NCBI RefSeq assembly: GCF_006345805.1
Contig: NC_042997.1
Span: forward strand, 62,868,001-62,932,000
DNA length: 64,000 nucleotides
Direction of reading: 5' to 3'
Source of the DNA: Octopus sinensis
Taxonomy: Eukaryota
Below the pieces are notes generated by a model. It had not been told where the DNA came from. It saw only the letters and a program-made list of their open reading frames with translations, and made no database searches. A program made the translations under genes and the position numbers. Positions 1-11,532 of this stretch are shown piece after piece (position 1 is the first letter of the stretch; each line of letters begins with the position of its first letter).

Positions 1-108
1 GAATTATCTCTTTCACATTTGCTGTTATTCACAGAAAATAAACTAAATGATGATATCTGGAATTGGCCATAGACAGAGAGATTGAAAGAGAAAGTGAAAG
101 ATAGATAG

Positions 109-112
<4 letters not shown>

Positions 113-156
<44 letters not shown>

Positions 157-160
157 GAAA
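113..160. repeat. (AG)n microsatellite
   Basis: Direct: agagagagag run. Confidence 0.95.
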
Positions 161-1825
161 GTGCATTTGTTTATATTTATGTGTAATAAATCTTATTTTA
201 ATACGCAAGAAATAATCTCTTGAGTATCAAAAGAAAAAAAAGTTTCAAAATATTACATTGTCATGCGATAGCAATGGTTGAAACTTGGCTTACGGGTTTG
301 CAACTGTATGAGAGAAAGAGAAAAACAACAACAAAAAAAGAGCTTTAAGAATATAATGTTTCAGTTAAACTAAAGGAATGGATAAAGCTATTTGAGAAAA
401 TCGATTAAGACAATGGATTATAGAGTTGTGAAGACACTGCAATACACCTGAGAGTTGCAGAATACAATTTAGAGATTGGAAAGTAAATTATCACTAGAGA
501 ATCAGAGAAAAAGAACTTCTAAAAGAATCTTGAATCGATAATTGGCATAACGTTTTCATCATCTTTGTCACTCTCAGATAAGACAGCTAAAAAAATAAAA
601 CAACAAAACAATACAGATTCTACCATTGTGGTTGATAGAAAGTCAATAATCTACAGTGAGCCTACTACATTAATAAATACTTGCAACACCTAGGGGAAAA
701 TTTATTTCCGTTCCACTATTCCTGACTGGACAGGACCGACAACATATATAAAATAAATGAAAATTTCGCGAGATCAGAATTGAAAGGAGAATAAGTGCTA
801 TTAACAGCTACAGATCAGATTTATTGCATTTGAGATACACTTCGAGTGAAGTATAACACGAGAACGGGAGACGTTTCGTAAAAAAATACAAAAACAATGC
901 AAAAAATGCTGTCCATACCCATTACAGACATCTTTGTAGCGAGAATAATTTCATGACAAATGGAAGTACGTAAGACGATTTGACATCAAATGTTATCAGA
1001 AGCTGTTTCTGCTTTGACTTATTATTAAGCTGCATATAAGCTTTATAAGACACAGCTTCAAATATACATAAAGTATCTTCTATGTTTATGAGAATAGTCT
1101 ATGTGGTATCGAGTTAGATAACAAAACATAGACCTATCAGATTTGCATTGGGTTGTTTGTACTACAGAGTAAGAGTCTTACTATACCTTATCCTCTAAGG
1201 AAACGAATAAATATTGTTATGATATACAGACTAATTTTGTGAGGTAAACCACATGCAAATCTGATTAATAAACAACAAAATTTTCAAATAAAAGATATTT
1301 AGTTGTAGCTTTTATCTTTTGTTACTTTTTGTTTCCATACATTTCTTCACCTACACACGCCTTTTACGTGAAAATATGTCGTAAACAATAACACGTACAT
1401 GTTGTACATAATTGTGGGATAGAGAAAGAAGGAAATCTTAGCATAGCTTCGATTCAGAATATTTGCACGCATTTCATAGCATGACTATTATTAGTCAGTT
1501 AGTTGCCACCTCGTGTAAGTCTCAACGTCTGAATCAAAGAATAACGTCAAAGTAATGGTTTTGTTCTCTGTTTTGATTATTGCCTACATATATTGGTCTG
1601 TAATTTTATATTCTTTGATATATTTCGTTTTACTTTGATATATTTCATTGTATTTGTTGCATACGGCTATCTTTATTTTGTTGTTTCATATTTTCGCCGA
1701 CTGAGCTTAATGCACGTATAGTTTTTATCTTTGGTGACATATACACAAAAACCCAAATATTCACAGACACGTAGACAACGAAAGCATAGGCACTCCTGTA
1801 AGACATATAATATGATACACAGAAG

Positions 1826-1948
1826 ATAATATACATATATATATATATATATACACACACATACATACATACATACATACATACATACATACATACATAC
1901 ATACATACATACTACATACATACATACATACATACATACATACATACA

Positions 1949-1980
<32 letters not shown>
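1826..1980. repeat. Compound (TA)n-(CA)n-(TACA)n microsatellite
   Basis: Direct. It explains the overlapping YVCM-type pseudo-ORFs at 1645-2045. Confidence 0.95.
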
Positions 1981-1982
<2 letters not shown>

Positions 1983-2379
1983 ACATGAACATTGTAATGC
2001 CAGACATAAACCCGCATCACACCAACACAGAGTCACTAAACTCACACAAGTAATATATTATTGCTATATTGATATCTATTATCGTCATGGAAATAGGTTC
2101 TTTTAAGTGTTATATACTAAGCATGGTGAATTAGTAGTCCTGGACCTTTCAAAGGTTGTATTGGTTATCGACTTATTTATAGATCAGTAAGTTGTATAAC
2201 AGGTTAGAATCGGTATAAGGAACAACGTTACAGTCACCTGCTCTACTTTATCTTTCAATACTGCATAAACACCTTATTCCTTAAGTGTTCTGTTTGTTAT
2301 AAATGAACAAAATTAAGTGCCATACAAACCAACGGTTTCAAGATAAAATCTACACATATATGTATATACATGTGTTTAT

Positions 2380-2443
2380 ATGTATATGGATGTATATTTA
2401 TATACATATATATACATACATACATATATATATGTATGTATGC

Positions 2444-2492
<49 letters not shown>

Positions 2493-2631
2493 TATATATT
2501 ACAAAGTAGTTAAACTATGTTATACATAGACATTAAAGGTTGTATTGAATTGCATGTAATATATGAAGAAGAAAACAGTATAGAACACTTTCGATCCAGC
2601 GGTTTGGAGATTGAATCAGCGTTTAATATAG

Positions 2632-2680
<49 letters not shown>

Positions 2681-2684
2681 TATA

Positions 2685-2743
<59 letters not shown>

Positions 2744-2745
2744 CA
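2380..2745. repeat. Two (TA)n-rich microsatellite tracts
   Basis: Direct: TA runs at ~2445-2490 and ~2635-2740. Confidence 0.9.
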
Positions 2746-3087
2746 TAATATACGATTTAGAGCTATACACAGAACAGGGATTAAAGTGATATTGATCTAT
2801 AGATAATAGTTGAAAAGAGAAAAATTTTGTTTACTATTGACTGCAGTATAATGGATCATAATGTATTGAAGTTATATGGAGACGATTCTGCATAATCAAC
2901 AACTTAATTATCAGTTCTTACAACTGCATCATTCACATATTTAACCAATGTTCAATCAAAATAAGCGATGTGATTGATATAACTTTCAAACTATTCATTT
3001 CGAACTGGTTCTGTTTAACGCCTTTTCTTGTGAGTGCCCCACAAAATGAAGCAACCGGCAGAGCTGGTAATATTTAAGTATGAGACA

Positions 3088-3305
3088 AAGCGGAGAGGTG
3101 GCAGAATCTTTAGCACGCCAGGCAAAATGCTTAGAGGCATTTCCTTCGTTTTTACGTTCTAATTATAAATCCCGCTGAGGATGACTTTGCTTTTCCTAAT
3201 TTCGGGTTCGGTGAAATAAGACCCAGTAGAGTATTGGGATCAATGTAATGGACTAGTCCCCTCCTCTGAAGTTTCTGGCCTTGTAATAAAATTTGAAATC
3301 CATAT
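3088..3305 (+). mobile_element. tRNA-derived SINE, family A (diverged copy)
   Basis: Head aaagcggagaggtggcagaatctttagcacgcc, body gactttgcttttcc...ataagacccagtagagtattggg, tail ggccttgtaataaaatttgaaa. Matches the younger copies at 58359 and 61965. Confidence 0.85.
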
Positions 3306-4012
3306 TACACTATGATATCTACTAACACTGTCAACACACACGCTGTCTGCCCATACACACTATCAACAAAAGAGCAAATCCTATTCTCTAGATATGTGAA
3401 GTAATCATAAGTTATACAATATATTCACTAAGATAAACCATATATAGGAAAGTAAATAAATATTTTCTCTTAGATATAGATAAATAAATTAGATTAAAAA
3501 ATATTTTCACTATTTTTACTTGGAATTATTTTAGTTGCTACAGTGATGTAAAAGAATTTTCAAAATGTTTTGCTTGCCCTTTAAAGAGAAACTAATAACA
3601 TCTCAATAGTAAATGTCTCCCAGGAACAAAATCAATATGTGTTATTGAGCTGGTACGATATTTGTGACGTCTGTGTATTACTGCAGAAATAGACGTTACA
3701 ACTCTATCGAAGTGAACCTCTGATCCTATATTATCTGGATGGTTTATTTCATATAGATTACTTAATTATATTTTATTTTACTGGCTTCACTAACTGAACT
3801 GATGCTATACAGGGGAACTGCCTTTCAGGGGATTTAGTCGATATTATGGATTTTAGTATTACATCAGTGTAGTACCTAATTTATTGATAGGTACTTATCG
3901 AATGACTAGATTACATATTGACGTAAACAGACACAACTAGACGCACGACTTTGCATCTCTCTCTCACACACTCACGCACGCACACACACACCTGCATACA
4001 CTTTCACGCACG

Positions 4013-4043
<31 letters not shown>

Positions 4044-4094
4044 AAACAAAACACCATAATACATACATACCTAAGTGTGAGTTTTAATGAGTCT

Positions 4095-4150
4095 AAAAAA
4101 CGCTTGTTCACTCTGTGGGTCCAGGTTCGATCCCACTGCGAGGTGACTTC
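4095..4150 (+). mobile_element. SINE family C head fragment
   Basis: B-box-like ggttcgatcccactgcg, resembling the head of the 60981 element. Truncated. Confidence 0.45.
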
Positions 4151-4234
4151 TAATGGAACCTTGAGTTGATTATTGACTAGTGCGAATAGAACTTAAGAAT
4201 AGGATACTGTGCACGTAGGATGTATATATATATA

Positions 4235-4874
4235 TACCGGGTGCGTAAGATATTTGAGGACAGATTTATGTTTATAAAATAATAATATGATAACAGATAA
4301 TAAACCTTCTTTTCCATAATGTTATTCAATAAAGCCACCTTCAGTTTTCAACAACTGCTTCTATATGAGAGCTAACGTATCTTCTTCTGCTGGATTTTTC
4401 AGTTTGTTTAAGAGCCTTTTAGATCTGACGTAGCGATTTTCTCTTGCTTTTTCTGACAAAATGACCTTTCTTCATCACATCTGATGTCTTCGTGGACAAC
4501 ATTTCTGACTGTTCCTTCTCACATATGGAGATCCTTTGCAATTGACTTCATGGACTTTCTGGGATTGTAATCAATGGTCTGAGGAACTTGTTGGATAAGT
4601 TCAGGCTTCAGAGTGTTTAGACTGCTTCTTATGTTTTGATACTGGTGATACATTTCCATCTTCAGTCTCTAGATCCTTACAAACGTTGTAGACGAAAGAT
4701 CTGGCAAATTTTTAAAATCAAGATATTTCTAAATTGCTATGCTCAGCATTTATAACCACAATAACAGCAAGTTTCTTTATTTCCTGAGTAAGCTGAGAGT
4801 CTGCCATTATTATTTTCTGAAACAAAGGTTATACAGAGTTGGCAAAAATGCAGCAATACCTTACGCATCCGGTA
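4235..4874 (-). mobile_element. Internally deleted maT/DD37D (Bmmar1-like) Tc1-mariner element
   Basis: 15-bp TIRs taccgggtgcgtaag (4235-4249) and cttacgcatccggta (4860-4874), 1 mismatch. Minus-strand pseudo-transposase from ATG 4807: MADSQLTQEIKKLAVIVVINAEHSNLEIS..ARSFVYNVCKDLETEDGN..RSKRLLNKLKNPAEED, then directly ..EAVV..EGGFIE* (stop 4322-4324). Confidence 0.85.
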
Positions 4875-4889
4875 CACCACACACACACG

Positions 4890-4931
<42 letters not shown>

Positions 4932-4941
4932 GTGTGTGTGT

Positions 4942-4978
<37 letters not shown>

Positions 4979-5140
4979 CACGCAAATCTATGTATATATG
5001 TACATATTAGTTGTTTAAAACTTTAACTTGCAATTTACTACATTTAACAGCCGGAAAATGTCTTAGCTTTCACCAGCCCATGATGTAAGTGGCAAAGCAG
5101 CTACGAGGTCAAAAGAAGACTGGTTATTGCTGGATAGTGT

Positions 5141-5183
<43 letters not shown>

Positions 5184-5559
5184 CATTTATGGGGATAAAC
5201 AAATTAGATGCATCAAACATATTGAATATATTAAATACATCAAATATAAAATATGCATATATGTATACATGCAAAGCGAGAGAAAGTCAAAGGAGGAAAC
5301 TTTCACTTGATGAATTTTTATGCCTAACTATATAGATATTTATACTACTAGGTCCAACTTATACAAAGTACAAACGTCAGAGATACTTAAATGGATGGGA
5401 AAAAGGTATTCTTCCACCTCTTTAAAATTCTCTGTCGCTTGTACGCTGTATAAGTTGAACTTATTCATATGTGTACATATTTAGACATATAAATTTATCA
5501 TTCATCATCTGAGAGTTTCCACCTTTTGCTTTCTTTCGTTTTGTATGTATACATATACA

Positions 5560-6140
5560 CAGTATCTCACAGAAGTATGTACACTCCTAAAAAATCTCAG
5601 TAAAATTGCCATTACTCTGATAATATTGCAGGATATCAAACGAAATTTATACTGAATAAAATATATTATACATAAAAACATCATACAAATTTGAAACACA
5701 AAAATAAACATTTTTAAAGACATGAGCGAAATATTAGTTTTCAAACGTTACAAAAGTATGTACACCGGAAAGGAAATTTGCTATATTCAATAGTTCATCC
5801 ACTTTTTTAAAAATTAAATCCAGATATTGCTAATAATTTCATTCTAATAAATTATTTCTCCTGGTATTTTTGCGCTGGTCATCATAACAATGCAGGAATC
5901 TGCAGGAATCCTGATTCGTGTCCTGTGGTGAAAATCTACTTCATTGTGATTAAAATGGCACCAAAGGAAAAGAATTGTCTGAAGATTTGAGGAAAATTAT
6001 TTTGGATTTGCTCATATTAGCGTAAACACAGTTGCCAAAGTAAGTAAGAAGTACAAAGCAACTGGATGGCTAAGCAATAAACATCCTTCAGGTCGTCCTT
6101 CTCTTTTAACTGTGCGTGATATTCACCACGTCCAACGTCG
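5560..6140 (+). mobile_element. 5' remnant of a Tc1-like element with IR/DR-type end
   Basis: TIR-like cagtatctcacagaagtatgtacactcc at 5560 and an inner repeat caaaagtatgtacacc at 5751-5766. Frameshifted N-terminus from ATG 5955: MAPK(G)KELSEDLRKIILDL..SVNTVAKVSKKYKATGWLSNKHPSGRPSLLTVRDIHHVQR (paired-like HTH and GRP motif). Confidence 0.75.
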
Positions 6141-8080
6141 CAATGATATAAAGTAACAAACAAAAAATAAATTTTTCAAATTTATTTTCACGTGACTAAT
6201 CACTTTCATATTCTCAGCCTTCAGTATTCTAGTCGAAGGTGACGAAATAGTACAGTCATTAAAGTGCTAGGTAAAATAGCTTGCGGTAGTAGTCCCGAAT
6301 GAATGGAGTGGCGAATTAATATGTCCCCTATTATATGTATTAGGGAATTTGAGGATTTTCAAATATAATAAGAAAATTATTGTTAGGCACACACCGAACT
6401 AATCATCTAACAGGTTCCCGAACTGATCATGTAACTTCAAGTCCCCCAATAACTGTCTTTTGAATAAAAAGTGATTTGAAATAGAATTGGTTACCGGCCA
6501 ACACCTCAAACATAGATGGTACCACAAACACTAACTTTGGACTGATCGAAAACGTATTCGAGAACGATTTACAAAACAAAGTTCATTTGTTTTTCTGTCA
6601 CCCTCACTGTGTACCATATTACGTACTACATATTTCACCAAGCCTCCCACTTATCATTATAAACAGACATGAGTACCGTCATGTGCGTTGGAAATCGTCT
6701 CATATATTAATATAATTTTATAGGTAGTACACTAGCTATATGCATCAAAGTAAATTCACCTGAATTTACTTTTTCTTGATTATGTCTACAAAAAGTTCAT
6801 ATAAACATATATACATCGGCTTGTGCATGTTTGCGTCACTTATTTTCTAGTCGAATTATTATTCAGAAAATAGACTGAAATAATACTAAATGAAAGTTCT
6901 TTGATACGGTAAGTTCTGAAGTTGAACAAGGCAGACATGACAAAAGTTACTATTGTTTCAAACATCATCTAATGTGTTAATATTATGCTAGAATGAGACA
7001 ACAGACTATACTTGGAGTCATATCTGAGTTACAGTAGTTCAGGTATATTTTTGGCTGTATTGTTATAAATTTCTTTGAAGTTCGTGACCAGTGAAGAATA
7101 TGATAATTTAAGTCAGCTCGTTTACATAGAACACTGCAATAGACAATATTACATGTAATGTAAATATCCTTCGAACATCGACAGAAGGATTCCAAAAATA
7201 TCTCTTTCTGAGATAGATAGCCAGACAGTGACTTGCTGACAGATAGGCGAATAGCTGGATAAATGGGTAGATAGATGCATAGATGGATAGATAGGTAGAG
7301 ATGCATATATACGCAAGCGAAACTGATTGAATATGACTATAACACTGGGAATATTATATTATTGAAATGGAATCTAAAGTAAAATAGAAATAAATAAATA
7401 TTCTAGAGCTGTTATTTTTAACACCCTCGTATTGCAAAATATTTTCTTTTAAACTTTATATAAACTTTATTTCAATATAAGGTGCTGGAGTCATTTGCAG
7501 ACTGTCAGTAATAATTTCATTTACTAAATGCTATAAAAACAAATTACTGTTTTCCCATTTTCTTTTAAAATATTTGAGTAAATACATCACCATATCATTA
7601 GTAATGTGCTTGATTGTTAGATCATGGAATATTTTCGTATGCAGCACAGTATTATCACGACTTCATGTCTTATCTAAAATTATATTTCCGCCATAAATAC
7701 AAACGCTGTTGAGAAGATAAAAGGAAGTGAGTGTATAAACTCTTACTTTTACTTGGAGTAACTAGTGATGTGACCATTTTCTTTTAAAGAGATAGAGTGA
7801 GCTATGAAAGAGATCTGATTGCTATTTCTAGCAAGTCGAGTGAACAAGTAGAAGCATCCTCGTTTCTGTCAATTTTCGTCACAAAGTAGAAAAGTAGCAC
7901 ATCGTTCCATCGTTTAATGTTTCCAGCAGATGAAAGCTAATACGATTACAATAGTGTTAAATGGTGGAAGTGTTTCTCTCCCTAGAGAAGATAGAGATAA
8001 ATTTGTCGAAAGTGTCTGACTGGAGGTAGTATAAGAGCCACCATCTCCGAAGAGCAGAGGCCATTGTAGTTATACAAAAG

Positions 8081-8210
<130 letters not shown>

Positions 8211-8379
8211 CGGCACAATTGTGCTTTAAACGTTCGAGTGTGTTGTGAATGACTTCCAGCCAATTAGTTGAATGACGCTTCTTTCTATACTGTATTGAAT
8301 ACGTGTGTTTCTAACCACAACACCACTACCACTGTTGTAGAAGCTGAGCTTTGTAGAATATTAATATTTGTTGTGGGAA

Positions 8380-8598
8380 GGCAATCAGCTGGCTGAATCG
8401 TTTGCATACCGCGGATAAAATGCTTAGCGGCATTTCATCCGGCTATACGATCGGAGTTCAAATTGCGCCGAGGTCGATTTTGCCTTTCATTTTTTCGGGG
8501 TCGATTAAATATATACCAGTTGAGTGCTGGGGTCGATGTAATCAACTTATACCCTCTCCCGAAATTGCTGGCCTTGTGCCAAAATTTGAAGTCAATAT
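8380..8598 (+). mobile_element. tRNA-derived SINE, family A
   Basis: A-box-like tggctgaatcg, B-box-like gagttcaaattgc, body gaggtcgattttgcctttcat...ggggtcgatgtaatc, tail ggccttgtgccaaaatttgaa. Confidence 0.9.
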
Positions 8599-8899
8599 TT
8601 GTTGTGCGTGGGATGAAGAACGATCTGCCTCTAATAAGAAAGACAAGCCTCTAATAAGGAAAATGATGCAATTGTAATTTATGTTGAGGATGTGCAGACC
8701 CCAGGAGAGGTTCTTAGGGACGATGAAGTCAAGCATTTTTAGCAACCTTCATAGTTTTAGTTGTGTTCTGTTTATGTTTAGTGGATAAAATGTGATGCTT
8801 TCATATGTACAGTGCATGTGTATTTGTATAATTGAAAAATACAAAATTAGGGCGATCTCATTACACGTTGTTTCTGAGATCTCTATTCATGGATTCAAT

Positions 8900-9300
8900 A
8901 CATATATCGGTTGAGATGTCTAAATTACATATGGATTGTGCTTAGATGGCGTGGAAGCTTAGTGGGAAATAAAAAAAAGTCATCATTTGTGTAGTTGAGG
9001 AAGAAGGCATGTTCTTAAAGTAAATTTAGCGCTATGCGTAGGACCAATGCGCACTTATGACCGTTGAAAGTTTTGTCTTGGCTCTGGATATAACTTACAG
9101 TGCCAGACTGTGTTACGAGATGTCTATTGAATTACTGAGGTGAGGCTTCAGTAATGGATGATATGACTTGCTAAGGCCTCGCCAAGTTAACCTGTGTTTT
9201 ATCGATTTAGCCAATCACATCCTGTATATACAAGTTTTGATTTAGCCAACAAGTCTTGTAAATACTAATGCTATTTTTGAAGAAGTAAGTGGTAAAATGC
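8900..9300 (+). mobile_element. Possible very old hAT (Buster/Charlie-like) transposase fossil
   Basis: Broken frames give GLCLDGVEA (cf. GICTDGAPAM), HCVV (cf. HCxIHRE) and RLCYEM..TEVR (cf. LCEEM..HTEVRWLS) in the expected order. Many stops and frameshifts; weak. Confidence 0.3.
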
Positions 9301-10079
9301 TTTCACAAATTTTCTCTCAGTTTTCCTTAGTGTTAATAACACTGTGTAACATAATTTTTCTTTTTCTTTTGTTTTTGAGCAGTAAGCATTATTTCACTTC
9401 AAGTCCGTTAGAGGATAGATTAAACTTTATCTGTTACTAAAAATTTCGTAGCTTTCTGGCGAAGTGAGAAATTATTATTATTTACTTATATGATACAAAC
9501 TGGAACTGTCTAGAGTGATTCTTTGGGGTTTGAAAAAATATAACAAAAGTGAAGCTTGAAAGAAATATTAGCCATTTTCCATACGCTCTAGGAGTTAGCA
9601 AATAGGAAATAACAGTTACTAACCAAGGACAAACATCGTGTTAAACAGTGTAATTAATAAAACAGAAAACATCGGATTTATAGGTGAAAAAAAAAGAAGA
9701 ACGGCAGGCTAAAATATTTAAGCTCTTTGGATTGTTGTAAACATCTGACGTCATATGAATTCATTTCAATCGGGACCCGTAACTTCATGGTTACACAGTA
9801 TCAATGTATATATAATGTGAAATTCATTCATATTAGTTTTGTCATGTTACTGCCCTTTTAATTCGCTTCCAACGTATTTATTGCAAATTGGACTTGTCCT
9901 TTCTCGTTCGTAACCCCCTTTTAACTACAGTGAAATCGCATAGGGCAAAACGTTCCCAACTATTTTTAATGCGAAATGTAAAAACATTGGAGTTGTTAAA
10001 CTTATCACTTTTAAAGAAAGAAATGAGTTGGATCAACAAGAAGTCGAAACCAATTCGAGTTTGCATTATATAAGGAAGT

Positions 10080-10290
10080 AATAATTTCTCACTTCGTCAC
10101 AAAGCCACAAAGTTTTTAGTTACAGATGTAGTTTAATCTATCCTTTAACGGACTTGGAGTGTATTCCACCGACGCTGGAAGGATGGAGGGCACAGTCAAC
10201 TGCGAAGCAATTTGAACTTAGAATGTAAAAACAACGTAATTAATAACTAAAAAATATTTGATGAAGCTCTACTATTTCGGTTACACCACT
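10080..10290 (-). mobile_element. SINE family A, decayed
   Basis: gaaggatggagggcacagtcaactgcgaagcaatttgaacttagaatgtaaa is the reverse complement of the SINE A core. Confidence 0.7.
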
Positions 10291-11532
10291 TGTAAGTAAT
10301 AAATCAATAATAATTAGATATAAATGCGAGTACGAGATGTGGCAGAAAGTCTGCATTAGTGTACTTATTTCCTCTCTGCAACTAGTTTTGTCTCTTGAAG
10401 CATTGAGATTGACATTGCTTATTTCATCTACCTACGGGAAACTACATACTAGGGAGAAACAGTAACAGATTTATTTCTACTTCTAATATTGCCTTAACTG
10501 TAATCAATGTTGAAATCAATGAAAAGTATAATGTGGGCAACAAAGAAAAAAAAAAGAAGAAATACGTGAAGTATTTTTGTGGAGTATGTCACGAAAGTGA
10601 GCTGCAATAAAAATATGAATGAAACTCCTTATAGTGTAAATTAGTTTCCTTCAGAATAATTCATGGAAGAACTAAAGAAAACATTTACTCTTGTCAAACA
10701 CTATAAAATGATTTCAACAAAACCGTAATTTGTGATATTATAAATGACATGTTTATATTTGTATGTCTAACAGCTGTCAATTTTCTTTCGAAGTATCATA
10801 TTAAATTTTATTTAAATCACATTATTAATGTTTTTTAAATTTTTCATCTCATGTCTTAATCAATCTTATCTGGAGTGTGCAATGGTAAACTTTATTTATT
10901 ATCTTTTTTTGCTTGAACAAAATAAAATGAAATAAAGCTGTACCTTTGCACTGTTCCCATAATTTAATTACCACCACTATGAATGTTTACTCTGTGAGAT
11001 TCCCAACAATTTGATGAATATTGTCATTATTACCAGAAATTTCAGCTACTCAGAGACTAAAATCATAATAAATACAAAACGTAGAGGCCGTCTGCTCATA
11101 AATATAAAAGATAGAACAAACACATTACGACATTCATAACACGTTAATGTGTGCATAACACAAAAGTTTAAACGGGTCCCATGAGATTTTATGTGTTGGC
11201 GGCTAGCTTCCGTTTCATGACTTAAAGCAAATGAAAAATGTATCTCCCACGGAATAAAATATTGATTTACATCAAGTAATAACCCTATTTTTGAAAAACC
11301 TTTCTTTCTATTAGCAAGATGGACTGACGTAATATAAGAACAAATTGCTTTGTCCCAAAACAGCAAGAACAAAAGCAACCGCAACAACAGCAAAAACAAC
11401 CACAACAACAGCATCAACAACAATAGGAGCAAATTTGAAGTTAGAACTTATGAATAGATAGCTCGATCCTACCTTATCCATTCAGTCACCTCACCAGTGT
11501 GTTGCCTGAAGCAACGATGCTAGAGTTGAAAT

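Noticed and set aside
1645-2789. Overlapping ORFs such as MYVCMYVC.. and YIYIYI..
   Set aside because: Translations of (TACA)n and (TA)n microsatellites, which lack stops. The same applies to the ORFs at 16268, 18524, 21471, 26792, 31052, 43894-44615, 45265-46201, 56290, 56634 and 62064-62497.
11046-11432. 128-aa ORF with a Leu-rich signal-peptide-like start
   Set aside because: The poly-Leu comes from a (CAA/CAG)n tract read on the minus strand, and the rest has no recognisable motif.
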